Assembly: GCF_964355755.1 (NCBI RefSeq) | Contig: NC_092672.1 | Coordinates: 12,400,001 to 12,464,000 of the forward strand | DNA length: 64,000 bases | Origin: Antedon mediterranea | Lineage: Eukaryota > Animalia > Echinodermata | Reading direction: 5' to 3' | In this document: positions 51,784-64,000 of the stretch, piece by piece | How the letters are laid out: the number at the start of each line of letters is the position of its first letter | Numbering within the stretch: the stretch's first letter is position 1 | The notes under the pieces: model-generated | Seen by the model: the letters and a program-made list of their open reading frames with translations, nothing else | Database searches by the model: none | Told to the model about the DNA's origin: nothing | Program-made: the position numbers and the translations under genes

Positions 51784-52396
51784 GGGGGTTTGTAATCGAA
51801 ATTTAGCGGGGTCTTTGGTATTCCAATGTTCTAGATCATAATGGTTTCTGATGCTATCTACAATAGAATAGCTTAGTTGGGAGAAAGGGGGTCTCTATAG
51901 TCAAATTATAGAGCGTCTGGTACTTGCGGTGCCGTGGACAATTAGTCTCTTGTTACCCATTTAGTACTGTATGAACTCAACTTGTTTATTTTACATTAAT
52001 TGTGAGTGGTATCTTACTCATCATATATACTTCCCATTCTTTACGTCCTCCTTAGGGGATCTGGCTTATTGCAAGAGATAAAATATCTGTCGTTCGTGAA
52101 TTTGGTAGGAGAATGTCATAGTATATAGTGATGAAATTACAGTAGCTGGTATCTCTCTTATCTCATTGGTACCAATTCGGGGTTCCCCACGTCTATACGC
52201 AGCAGGGGGATACCCAGCAGGGGGATACCCGACAGGACATAGGGAAATATGTAATAAAAAAAAAAATACATATACAAACAAAAAAGTTAATTGTCTACAA
52301 TTTATTTGACAAATTTGCGCATAGCAAGATACGATACCTACCCAACCATGTAGCATAGCATTAGCAATAAGATAAATTTAGCGATTCAATATTTAA

Positions 52397-53822
52397 CTAG
52401 ATTTAATTCGTCACTATGACGAATTATAGGTTATATGCATTGATTAAAATAAAATAATTGATTTTGAAAAGATATATTGATTGATTGATTTTCTCAGAAT
52501 CCTTAATTATTTATAATATATGATAGGGCGTGACCTGGCCTTGCTAACGCGACAACCATAGCCGGTATCACAATCCGATCAAAGATCCATATGCGTATAA
52601 TGTCATAAACCACATTTGTTGTTACATAATAATAAAGACATAAGTTAATTTTTATCTAGATTTCATTATAAATCATGTGTATAATCTATACATTAAGAAA
52701 TAAATTTGAACAAACAATACGGATATTAAAAAAAAAAATATCTTATTTCGTTTCCCAAGGTGAGACTCGATCTCGGTACCTTGAATGCCATAGACACGAG
52801 CACAGACCATCGAGCCATACACCACTGACTAGAAGTTGTAGAAAAATTCCTCCGTGTATTTACTATGCAGTAACCAGTTTGGTGCAAATAGATTATTACA
52901 TACCGCAATGAATTATAATGTTTTACTATGATGACATCTTTAAAAATTTTAAAAAATGATGCACTGTCAAACTATATACTTTTAACTTTGATATATGAAC
53001 TTTGGAAGGAAGAAAGTTAATGTTAAGTTTGTTATTTTGGCCTAAGAAAATGTCATAATTTGTTTGATTGTCGAAATTATGTTTTTTTAATTTAATATGC
53101 AATTAATGATGACTTAATCAACTTTTGTTCTCTTAATTTGATAATAAATCATACATATGATACATACACTTCAAGAAAATGAAATAAAAAATAGGTGTTC
53201 CCCTGCATTCTGACGATATATATTAATTTAAAAATTTAGCATATTTTCACCATTTTGTTAACTTATACGTGCGTAGCCAGTCACTTTTGACGTGCTCGTA
53301 TAACGCAATTTCGAGTTGAAACGTGAATCAAATATGATGATATTATTAAAGAAAGATTGTAAAACAGAAATCGGGCAAAAAGAGTGCGCATTAACGTTTA
53401 ACGCGCAGTGCGCGTGCAAAAATCTGCGCACTCATGGTAATTTTTTAAACGCTTAAAATTGCCTGAAACGTACTCTAATTTCATCGAAAATTAATTTTGA
53501 CAATTTTGAACATTTTAAGCGCGCGTACGCAAGCGTTATATGCGCTACGCACGTAATTGTATTGCCATATGATGAAATATGACCTGAAATTTATGAGTAC
53601 CAAATTTTGTTTAATTGTGATTCATGCTTGTGAAGATATGATTACAAACGTGATTTCGTAAAATCGCGCGTAGACCGCGTAATTTTTGATTGCGCATCGT
53701 GAAAATATAACCACATCTATTCCTGGCCATAAGGAATATACTCTGAAAAATTGACTTAGATAGATGAAACTGATATCAAGATAATTCACGGACAAAATAG
53801 TGCTAAGGAAAGAATAAATAAA
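52397..53822 (-). mobile_element. Helentron/DINE-1-like family A copy
   Basis: Reverse complement of 58680-60093; 3' subTIR + hairpin aattcgtcatagtgacgaatt + CTAG. Confidence 0.7.
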
Positions 53823-55445
53823 CTAGAACTTAAACTCGTCACTTGAGGACGAGTTTGGTTATCCGCCAGCAACAAAGCGTATCTTGCGTATTCAAGTACT
53901 TCCAAGTTATGACTTTTCCAAAAAAAGTAGGCTATTCAAAATTAAAACTGCCCTCTCAGTGTAATAACCAACTAAACCCTTTTAATTAATTGTTTTCCCG
54001 TGACGGGACTCGAACCCGGTACCTCTGATACCAAAGTCGGTTGCATTACACATCGAGCCATATGACCACCTGCTGACGGAAATCCGAAGAAAGAGTCCTC
54101 GTTCATTCGGTATGTCGTGAACCCCCTCGAACCCCCTTGGAATGTTTAACAATTTTTTGGAGATTAGAAAGTTTTCGCGTAAATTGCGTTTGAAATATTT
54201 AACTCTTCTTATTTTGTGCACACTGTTTCTCTTCAACGTGTAAACATAATATGTTGTAACTTGTTCAGCATTTAGACATTTTACTGAAGTTGTCCAGCCA
54301 AGCTTTTTGACGATGTCAGAGCCGCGTAGCGTAAGGTACGCGTGATTTTCTGAAAATCTTAAATTGGTTATAACTTCGAAACAAATGAATATTTTTTAAC
54401 GTCATTTTCAGCCACGTTTGCTTCACATCAATAGTTAACTTTTTTAACGCTACCGCAATTTGTAACATTAGAAAGTGCGCGCGTAAATGGCGTTTGAAAT
54501 TTTAAAATGCTTCAAATCAATTTCTGATTAAATTAGAGCACGATTCAGGTCATTTTAAGCGTTTAAAAAATTACCACTGGTGCGCACATTTTTACGCGCG
54601 CACGGCGCAGGGAACACGTATGAGCATTTTTTTTACACTATTTGTGTTTTTAAATCTTCGGTTAACAATTTTACGTTATTTTATTCACTTTTCAACTTGA
54701 AATGGCGTTCTACGAGCACGTTAAACATGACAGGTTGCGCACGAAAACGTCAACAAATTGTGAAAATGTTCCAAAATATGTCTACTTTTAAAAATGAAAC
54801 AGTTCATCAGAATGCAAGGTTACCCCCATTTTTTATTTTAATTTCTTGCAGTGTATGAATCATAGGTCTGATTTATTATAGTGTTGAATGCTAAAACGTG
54901 TTTGATGGCTACATTATTTGCATATTAAATATAATTTTTGAAATATTTATCATCAAACAAACATAAACTTATTCAAAGAGCAAAACAATAAACATAACAT
55001 TTATCTTTTTTCTTTACATGTTAATATATAAAACTTGAAAGTATGTACTTTCATAAAATATCAGCGTTTAAAATTTTTGAAGATTTCATCATAGTAAAAT
55101 TTATGATTTAAGTTTGATATGTAATAATCAACTTGCATCGAGGGGGTTCACGACATACCGAATGAACGAGGACTCTTTCTTCGGATTTCCGTCAGCAGGT
55201 GGTCATATGGCTCGATGTGTAATGCAACCGACTTTGGTATAAGAGGTACCGGGTTCGAGTCCCGTCACGGGAAAACAATTAATTAAAAGGGTTTAGTTGG
55301 TTATTACACTGAGAGGGCAGTTTTAATTTTGAATAGCCTACTTTTTTTGGAAAAGTCATAACTTGGAAGTACTTGAATACGCAAGATACGCTTTGTTGCT
55401 GGCGGATAACCAAACTCGTCCTCAAGTGACGAGTTTAAGTTCTAG
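53823..55445. mobile_element. Rearranged family B copy with two inverted 3' ends
   Basis: 53823-54130 is the reverse complement of 55138-55445. Confidence 0.75.
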
Positions 55446-58400
55446 TTGGTTATCCGCCTCAAGCGGATAAGCCCTTGGAATTGTAGTGTTTCTTTTTGGT
55501 TATCCGCCTCAAGCGGATAACCTTTGTTATTGTAGTGTTTCTTTTTTTTTTTATTATTCTTCTTTCTTTCCGCCACTTTTGTTCGCGACGTTTTTCTTCA
55601 ACGTGTTAACATAACACGTTGTAACTTGGTCAACATTTAGACATTTAACTGAAGTTGTGCAGCCAAGCTTTTGGACGCTGTCAGATACGCGTAGCGTAAG
55701 TTACGCGCGATTTTCTGAAAATCTTAAATCGGTCATAACTTCAAAACCGATAAATATTTTTTAACGAAGTTTTCAGCCACGTTTTCTTCACATCAATGGC
55801 TAACTTTTTCGATCTCTACCAAATTTTTGGAGACTAGAAAATTTTCGCGTAAATTGCGTTTGAAATTTAAAAATTCTCCAAATTTGTACACGCTGTTTCT
55901 CTGCAACGCGTTAACATAACATGTTGTAACTTGGTCAACATTTTGACATCTAACTGAAATTGTGCAGCCAAGCTTTTGGACGCTGTCAGAGGCGCGTATC
56001 GTAAGTTACGCGCGATTTTCTGAAAATCTTAAATTGATCATAACTTTGAAACAGATAAATATTTTTTAACGTAATTTTCAGCCACGTTTGCTTCACATCA
56101 ATTGTTAACTTTTTTAACCCTAACGAATTTTGTAACATTCGAAAGTGCGCGCGTAAACGACGTTTGAAGTTTGAAAATGCTTGAAATTAATTTCTGATTA
56201 AATTAGAGCACGATTCAGGTCATTTTAAGCGTTTAAAAAATTGCCACTGGTGCGCACATTTTTACGCGCGCACGGCGCAGGGAACGCGTATGAGCATTTC
56301 TTTTACACGATTTATGTTTTTACATCTTTGGTTAACAATTTTACGTTATTTTATTCACTATTCAACTTGAAATGGCGTTCTACGAGCACGTTAAACATGA
56401 CTGGTTGCGCAGAAAAACGTCAAAAAATTGTGAAAATGTTGCAAAATATGTCTACTTTTAAAAACGATACAGTTCATCAGAATGCAAGGTTACCCCTATT
56501 TTTTATTTTTATTTCTTGCAGTTTATGAATCATAGATCTGATTTATAATAATTTTTAATGTTAAAACGTGTTTGCTGGCTACACTATTTGCATATTAAAT
56601 ATAATTTTGGAAATTGTTATCATCAAACAAACGATAACATTTTCAAAGAGCAAAACAATAGACATAACTGTTATATTTTTTCTTCACATGTTAATATATA
56701 AAACTTGAAAGTATGCTCTTTCATAATATGTCACTGTTTAAAATTTATGAAGATTTCATCATAGTAAAAATTATGATTTAGTTCGATATGTAATAATCAA
56801 CTTGCATCGAGGGAGTTCACGACATACCGAACGAACGAGTAATCTTTCTTCGGATTATCTTCGGCAGGTGCTCATATGACTCGATGTGTAGTGCAACCGA
56901 CTTTGGTATCAGAGGTACCGGGATCGAGTCCCGTCACGGGAAAACAATTAAATATAAGGATTTATTTGGTTGTTACACTGAAAAGGCAGTTTTAATTTCG
57001 AATAGGCTACTTTTTTGGAAAAGCCAAAAACTGAAAAGTACTTGAATGCTCAAGATATGTTTTGTTGCGGGCGGATAACCAAACTCGTCCTCAAGTGACG
57101 AGTTCAGATCTAGTTTTTTATTATTCTTCTTTCTTTCCGCCACTTTTTGTACGCGACGTTTCTCTGCAACGTGTTAACATAACATGTTGTAACTTGGTAA
57201 ACATTTAGAAATTTAACTGAAGATGTGCAGCCAAGCTTTTGGACGCTGTCAGATCCGCGTAGCGTAAGTCACGCGCGATTTTCTGAAAATCTTAAATTGA
57301 TCATAACTTCGAAACCGATAAATATTTTTTAACGTAACTTGCAGCCACGTTTTCTTCACATCAATGGCTAACTTTTTCAATCTTTAGCACATTTTTGGAG
57401 ACTAGAAAGTTTGCGCGTAAATTTCGTTTGAAATTTTAAAATGCTCCAAATTTGTACACGCTGTTTCTCTGCAACGCGTGAACATAACATGTTGTAACTT
57501 GGTCAACATATAGACATTTAACTGAAGATGTGCAGCCAAGCTTTTGGACGCTGTATCATGATCTTATCGTAAGTTACGCGCGATTTTCTGAAAATCTTAA
57601 ATTGATCATAACTTCGAAACAGATAAATATTTTTTAACGTAATTTTCAGCCACGTTTGCTTTACATTAATTGTTAACTTTTTTATCCCTACCGAATTTTG
57701 TAACATTAGAAAGTGCGTGCGTAAACGGCGTTTGAAATTTTAAAATGCTTCAAATCAATTTCTGATTAAATTAGAGCACGTTTCAGGTCATTTTAAGGGT
57801 TTAAAAATTGCAACTGGTGCGCACTTTTTTACGCGCGCACGGCGCAGGGAACGCGTATGAGCTTTTCTTTTACATAAATTGTGTTTTTCAAACTTAGGTT
57901 AACAATTTTACGTTATTTTATTCACTTTTCAACTTGAAATGGCGTTCTACGAGCACGTTAAACATGACTGGTTGCGCACGAAAAAGTCAACAAATTGTGA
58001 AAATGTTGCAAAATATGTCTACTTTTAAAAGTGATACAGTTCATCAGAATGCAAGGTTACCCCCATTTTTTATTTTATTTTATCACATTCTATGAATTGT
58101 AGATCTGATTTATTATAGTGTTGAATGTTAAAACGTGTTTGATGGCTACATTATTTGCATATTAAATATAATTTTCGAAATTTTTATCATCAAACAAACA
58201 ATAACATATTCAAAGAGCAAAACAATAAACATAACGTTTATATTTTTTCTTTACATGTTGATATATAAAACTTGAAAGTATGCACTTTGCTAATATGTCA
58301 CTGTTTAAAATTTGTGAAGATTTCATCATAGTAAAAATTATGATTTAGTTTGATAAGTAATAATCTATTTGCATCGAGTGGTTCACGACATACCGAATGA

Positions 58401-58679
58401 ACGAGTAAACTTTCGTCGGATTTTCTTCAGCAGGTGCTCATATGGGTCGATGTGTAGTGCCACCGACTTTGGTATCAGAGGTACCGGGATCGAGTCCCGT
58501 CACGGGAAAACAATTTAATAAAAGGATTTATTTGGTTGTTACACTGAAAAGGCAGTTTTAATTTCGAATAGGCTAATTTTTTGAAAAGCCATAACTGAAA
58601 AGTACTTGAATGCGCACAAGATACGTTTTGTTGCGGGCGGATAACCAAACTCGTCCTCAAGTGACGAGTTCAGATCTAG
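55446..58679 (+). mobile_element. Two nested Helentron/DINE-1-like family B copies
   Basis: Two heads ttggttatccgcctcaagcggataa (55446, ~55496); bodies end ggcggataaccaa + hairpin + CTAG at 57113 and 58679; internal ~310-bp tandem repeat. Confidence 0.75.
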
Positions 58680-61548
58680 TTTATTTATTCTTTCCTTAGC
58701 ACTATTTTGTCCGTGAATTATCTTGATATCAGTTTCATCTATCTAAGTCAATTTTTCAGAGTATATTCCTTATGGCCAGGAATCGATGTGGTTATATTTT
58801 CACGATGCGTAATCAAAAATTACGCGGTCAACGCGCGATTTTACGAAATCACGTTTGTAATCACATCTTCACAAGCATGAATCACAATTAAACAAAATTT
58901 GGTACTCATAAATTTCAGGTCATATTTCATCATATGGCAATACAATTACGTGCGTAGCGCATATAACGCTTGCGTACGCGCGCTTAAAATGTTCAAAATT
59001 GTCAAAATTTATTTTCGATGAAATTAGAGTACGTTTCAGGCAATTTTAAGCGTTTAAAAAATTGCCATGAGTGCGCAGATTTTTGCACGCGCACTGCGCG
59101 TTATACGTTAATGCGCACTCTTTTTGTCCGATTTCGGTTGTACAACCTTTCTTTAATAATATCATCATATTTTATTCACTTTTCAACGCGTAATTGCCTT
59201 ATACGAGCACGTCAAAAGTGACAGGCTACGCACGTGTAAGTTAACAAAATGGTGAAAATATGCTAAATTTTAAAATTAATATAGATCGTCAGAATGCTCG
59301 GGAACACATATTTTTTATTTCATTTTCTTGAAGTGTATGTATCTTATGTATGATTTATTATTAAACTAAGGGAACAAAAGTTGATTAAGCCATAATTAAT
59401 TGCATATTAAATAAAAAAAAATTCATTTCGACAATCAAACAAATTATGACATTTTCTTAGGCCAAAATAACAAACTTAACATTAACTTTCTTCCTTCAAA
59501 AGTTCATATATTAAAGTTAAAAGTATATAGTTTGACAGTGCATCCTTTTTGTACATTTTTAGAGATGTCATCATAGTAAAAAATTATAATTCATTGCGGT
59601 ATGTAATAATCTATCTGCACCAAAGTGGTTACTGCATAGTAAATACACGGAGGAATTTTTCTACAATTTTTAGTCAGTTGTGTATGGCTCGGTAGTGTGT
59701 GCTCGTGTCTATGGCACTCAAGGTACCGAGATCGAGTCTCACCTTGGGAAACGAAATAAGATTTTTTTTTTATTATCCGTATTGTTTGTTCAAATTTATT
59801 TCTTAGTGTATATATTATACACATGATTTATAATGAAATCTAGATAAAAAATAACTTATGTCTTTATTATTATGTAACAGCAAATGTGGTTTATGACATT
59901 ATACGCAGAGGGATCTTTGATCGGATTGTGATACCGGCTATTGTATTCGCGTTAGCAAGGTCCTATCATATATTATAAATAATTAAAGAATCTGAGAAAA
60001 TCAATGAATCAAAATATCTTTTAAAAATCAATTATCTTTATTTAAATCAATGCATATAACCTATAATTCGTCATAGTGACGAATTAAATCTAGTTTATTT
60101 ATTTATTCTTTCCTTAGCACTATTTGTCCGTCAATTATCTTGATATCAGTTTCATCTAACTAAGTCAATTTTTCAGAGTATATTCCTTATGGCCAGGAAT
60201 CGATGTGGTTATATTTTCACGATGCGCAATCAAAAATTACGCGGTCTACGCGCGATTAAACGAAATCACGTTTGTAATCATATCTTCACAAGCATGAATC
60301 ACAATTAAACAAAATTTGGTACTCATAAACTTCAGGTCATATTTCATCATATGGCAATACAATTACGTGCGTAGCGCATATAAAGCATGCGTACGCGCGC
60401 TTAAAATGTTGAAAATTGTCAGAATTTATTTTCGATGAAATTAGAGTACGTTTCAGGCAATTTTAATCGTTTAAAAAATTGCCATGAGTGCGCAGATTAT
60501 TGCACGCGCACTGCGCGTCAAACGTTAATGCGCACTGTTTTTGTCCGATTACGGTTGTATAACCTTTCTTTAATAATATCATCATATTTTATTCACTTTT
60601 CAATGCGAAACAGCGTTATACGAGCACGTCAAAAGTGACAGGCTACGCACGTGTAAGTTAACAAAATGGTGAAAATATGCTAAATTTTAAAATTAATATA
60701 TATCGTTAGAATGCTCGGGAACACCTATTTTTTATTTAATTTTCTTGAAGTGTATGTATCATATGTATGATTTATTATGAAATTAGAAGAACAAAAGTTG
60801 ATTAAGTCATCATTAATGGCATATTAAATTTAACAAAATTAATTTCGACAATCAAACAAATTATAACATTTTCTTAGGCCAAAATAACAAACTTAACATT
60901 AACTTTCTTCCTTAAGAAGTTCATATATTAAAGTTAAAAGTATATAGTTTGACAGTGCATCATTTTTTAAAATTTTTAAAGATGTCATCATAGTAAAACA
61001 TTATAATTCATTGCGGTATGTAATAATCTATCTGCACCAAAGTGGTTACTGCATAGTAAATACACGGAGGAATTTTTCCATAACTTTTAGTCATTTGTGT
61101 ATGGCTCGGTGGTCTTTGCTAGTGTCTATAGCAGTCAAGTACCGAGTTCGAGTCTCACCTTGGGAAACCAAACGAAATAAGATTTTTTTTATTATCCTTA
61201 TTGGTTGTTCAATTATATTTCTTAGTGTACAGATTATACACATGATTTATAATGAAATCTAAATAAAAAAACAAATGTGGTTTATGACATTATATACGCA
61301 GAAAAATCTTTGATCGGATTATGATACCGGCTATTGTATTTGCGTTAGCAAGATCCTGTCATATATTATAAATAACTAATGATTCTGAGAAAATCAATCA
61401 ATCAATATATCTTAAATCAATCAATTATCTTTATTTAAATCAATGCATATAACCTATAATTCGTCATAGTGACGAATTAAATCTAGTTAGGTTATATGCA
61501 TTATCATGCATATAACCTCTTGATTCTGTCAAAATCTTTATTTATTTA
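58680..61548 (+). mobile_element. Two family A bodies (58680-60093, 60094-61486) plus a family A head (61487-61548)
   Basis: ~1.4-kb direct repeats. Head taggttatatgcattatcatgcatataacct is complementary to the 3' subTIR tgcatataaccta. Confidence 0.75.
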
Positions 61549-64000
61549 TTGGTTATCCGCCTCAAGCGGATAAGCATTTGTTATTGTAGTGTTACTTTTT
61601 TTTTTTTTTTATTGGTTATCCGCCTCAAGCGGATAAGCATTTGTTATTGTAGTGTTACTTTTTTTTTTTTTTTATTATTCTTCTTTCTTTCTCAGATTTT
61701 GTGTACGCGTTTTCTCTTGAACGTGTTAACATAACATTTTGTAACTTGGTCAACATATAGACAATTAACTGAAGATGTACTGCGAAGCTTTTTGACAATG
61801 TCAGATCCGCGTAGCGTAAGTTACGCGCGATTTTCTGAAAATCTTAAATCGGTCATAACTTCGAAACCGATAAATATTTTTTAACGAAATTTTCAGCCAC
61901 GTTTTCTTCACATCAATGGCTAACTTTTTCGCTCTTCAGCAAATTTTTGAACACTAGAAAGTCTGCGCGTAAACTGCGTTTGAAATTTTAAAATGCTCCT
62001 AATTTGTGCACGCTGCTTCTCTGTAACGCGTTAACATGACATTTTGTAACTTGTTCAACATATAGACATTTTACTGAAATTGTCCAGCCAAGCTTTTTGA
62101 CGATGTCAGAGCCGCGTAGCGTAAGTTACGCGTGATTTTCTGAAAATCTTAAATTGGTTATAACTTCGAAACAAATGAATATTTTTTAACGTCATTTTCA
62201 GCCACGTTTGCTTCACATCAATAGTTAACTTTTTTAACGCTATCGCAATTTGTAACATTAGAAAGTGCGCGCGTAAATGGCGTTTGAAATTTTAAAATGC
62301 TTCAAATCAATTTCTGATTAAATTAGAGCACGATTCAGGTCATTTTAAGCGTTTAAAAAATTGCCACTGGTGCGCACATTTTTACGCGCGCACGGCGCAG
62401 GGAACAGGTATGAGCATTTCTTTTACACGATTTGTGTTTTTAAATCTTCGGTTAACAATTTTACGTTATTTTATTCACTTTTTAACTTGAAATGGCGTTC
62501 TACGAGCACGTTAAACATGACAGGTTGCGCACGAAAACGTCAACAAATTGTGAAAATGTTCCAAAATATGTCTACTTTTAAAAATGAAACAGTTCATCAG
62601 AATGCAAGGTTACCCCCATTTTTTATTTTAATTTCTTGCAGTGTATGAATCATAGGTCTGATTTATTATAGTGTTGAATGCTAAAACGTGTTTGATGGCT
62701 ACATTATTTGCATATTAAATATAATTTTTGAAATATTTATCATCAAACAAATATAAACTTATTCAAAGAGCAAAACAATAAACATAACATTTATCTTTTT
62801 TCTTTACATGTTAATATATAAAACTTGAAAGTATGTACTTTCATAAAATATCAGCGTTTAAAATTTTTGAAGATTTCATCATAGTAAAATTTATGATTTA
62901 AGTTTAATATGTAATAATCAACTTGCATCGAGGGGGTTCACGACATACCGAATGAACGAGGACTCTTTCTTCGGATTTTCGTCAGCAGGTGGTCATATGG
63001 CTCGATGTGTAATGCAACCGACTTTTGTATCAGAGGTACCGGGTTCGAGTCCCGTCACGGGAAAACAATTAATTAAAATGGTTTAGTTGGTTATTACACT
63101 GAGAGGGCAGTTTTAATTTTGAATAGCCTACTTTTTTTGGAAAAGTCATAACTTGGAAGTACTTGAATACGCAAGATACGCTTTGTTGCTGGCGGATAAC
63201 CAAACTCGTCCTCAAGTGACGAGTTTAAGTTCTAGTTATTCTTCTTTCTTTCTCAGATTTTGTGTACGCGTTTTCTCTTGAACGTGTTAACGTAACATTT
63301 TGTAACTTGGTCAACATATTGACAATTAACTGAAGATGTACTGCCAAGCTTTTCGACAATGTCAGATCCGCGTAGCGTAAGTTACGCGCGATTTTCTGAA
63401 AATCTTAAATCGGTCATAACTTCGAAACCGATAAATATTTTTTAACGAAATTTTCAGACACGTTTTCTTCACATCAATGGCTAACCTTTTCGCTCTTCAG
63501 CAAATTTTTGAACACTAGAAAGTCTGCGCGTAAACTGCGTTTGAAATTTTAAAATGCTCCTAATTTGTGCACGCTGTTTCTCTGTAACGCGTTAACATAA
63601 CATTTTGTAACTTGTTTAACATATAGACATTTTACTGAAGTTGTCCAGCCAAGCTTTTTGACGATGTCAGAGCCGCGTAGCGTAAGTTACGCGTGATTTT
63701 CTGAAAATCTTAAATTGGTTATAACTTCGAAACAAATGAATATTTTTTAACATCATTTTCAGCCACGTTTGCTTCACATCAATAGTTAACTTTTTTAACG
63801 CTACCGCAATTTGTAACATTAGAAAGTGCGCGCGTAAATGGCGTTTGAAATTTTAAAATGCTTCAAATCAATTTCTGATTAAATTAGAGCACGATTCAGG
63901 TCATTTTAAGCGTTTAAAAAATTGCCACTGGTGCGCACATTTTTACGCGCGCACGGCGCAGGGAACAGGTATGAGCATTTCTTTTACACGATTTGTGTTT
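61549..64000 (+). mobile_element. Two further nested family B copies (run off window)
   Basis: Heads at 61549 and ~61612; first body ends CTAG at 63235, second body follows. Confidence 0.75.

Noticed and set aside
53990-54070. Apparent tRNA genes in the 52-64 kb repeats
   Set aside because: No proper acceptor stem or cloverleaf visible; they are embedded in transposon copies.
54580-62648. Repeated 60-95 aa ORFs in the terminal array
   Set aside because: Incidental frames in non-coding repeats; not preserved in all copies and without motifs.

Overview
AT-rich, intron-containing animal (probably invertebrate) genomic DNA, read by eye. One host gene runs on the minus strand from about 49.9 kb past position 1 and is almost invisible in the ORF track. 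Its hand-spliced exons give MAK, an N-cap ankyrin, 7 near-identical phase-0 ankyrin exons (plus one broken copy), a C-cap, and the start of a Roc-type P-loop GTPase (PIEILARG...[12 protein letters not shown]). This is an ankyrin-ROCO-like protein. The tandem ankyrin exons are almost invariant except at a few predicted binding-surface codons, where codon positions 1-2 change and position 3 is kept. The introns hold nested transposons: Helitrons, two copies of a ~7-kb near-palindromic element with 6-bp TSDs (IS3EU-like termini), a full-length CR1/L2-group LINE, Tx1- and RTE-like fragments, a CsRn1-type and a deleted Gmr1-type Gypsy element, and Mutator-, Harbinger- and hAT-like non-autonomous elements. 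The last 12 kb is a self-nested array of two Helentron/DINE-1-like families. Family names come from recalled motifs and terminal structure, not from database searches.
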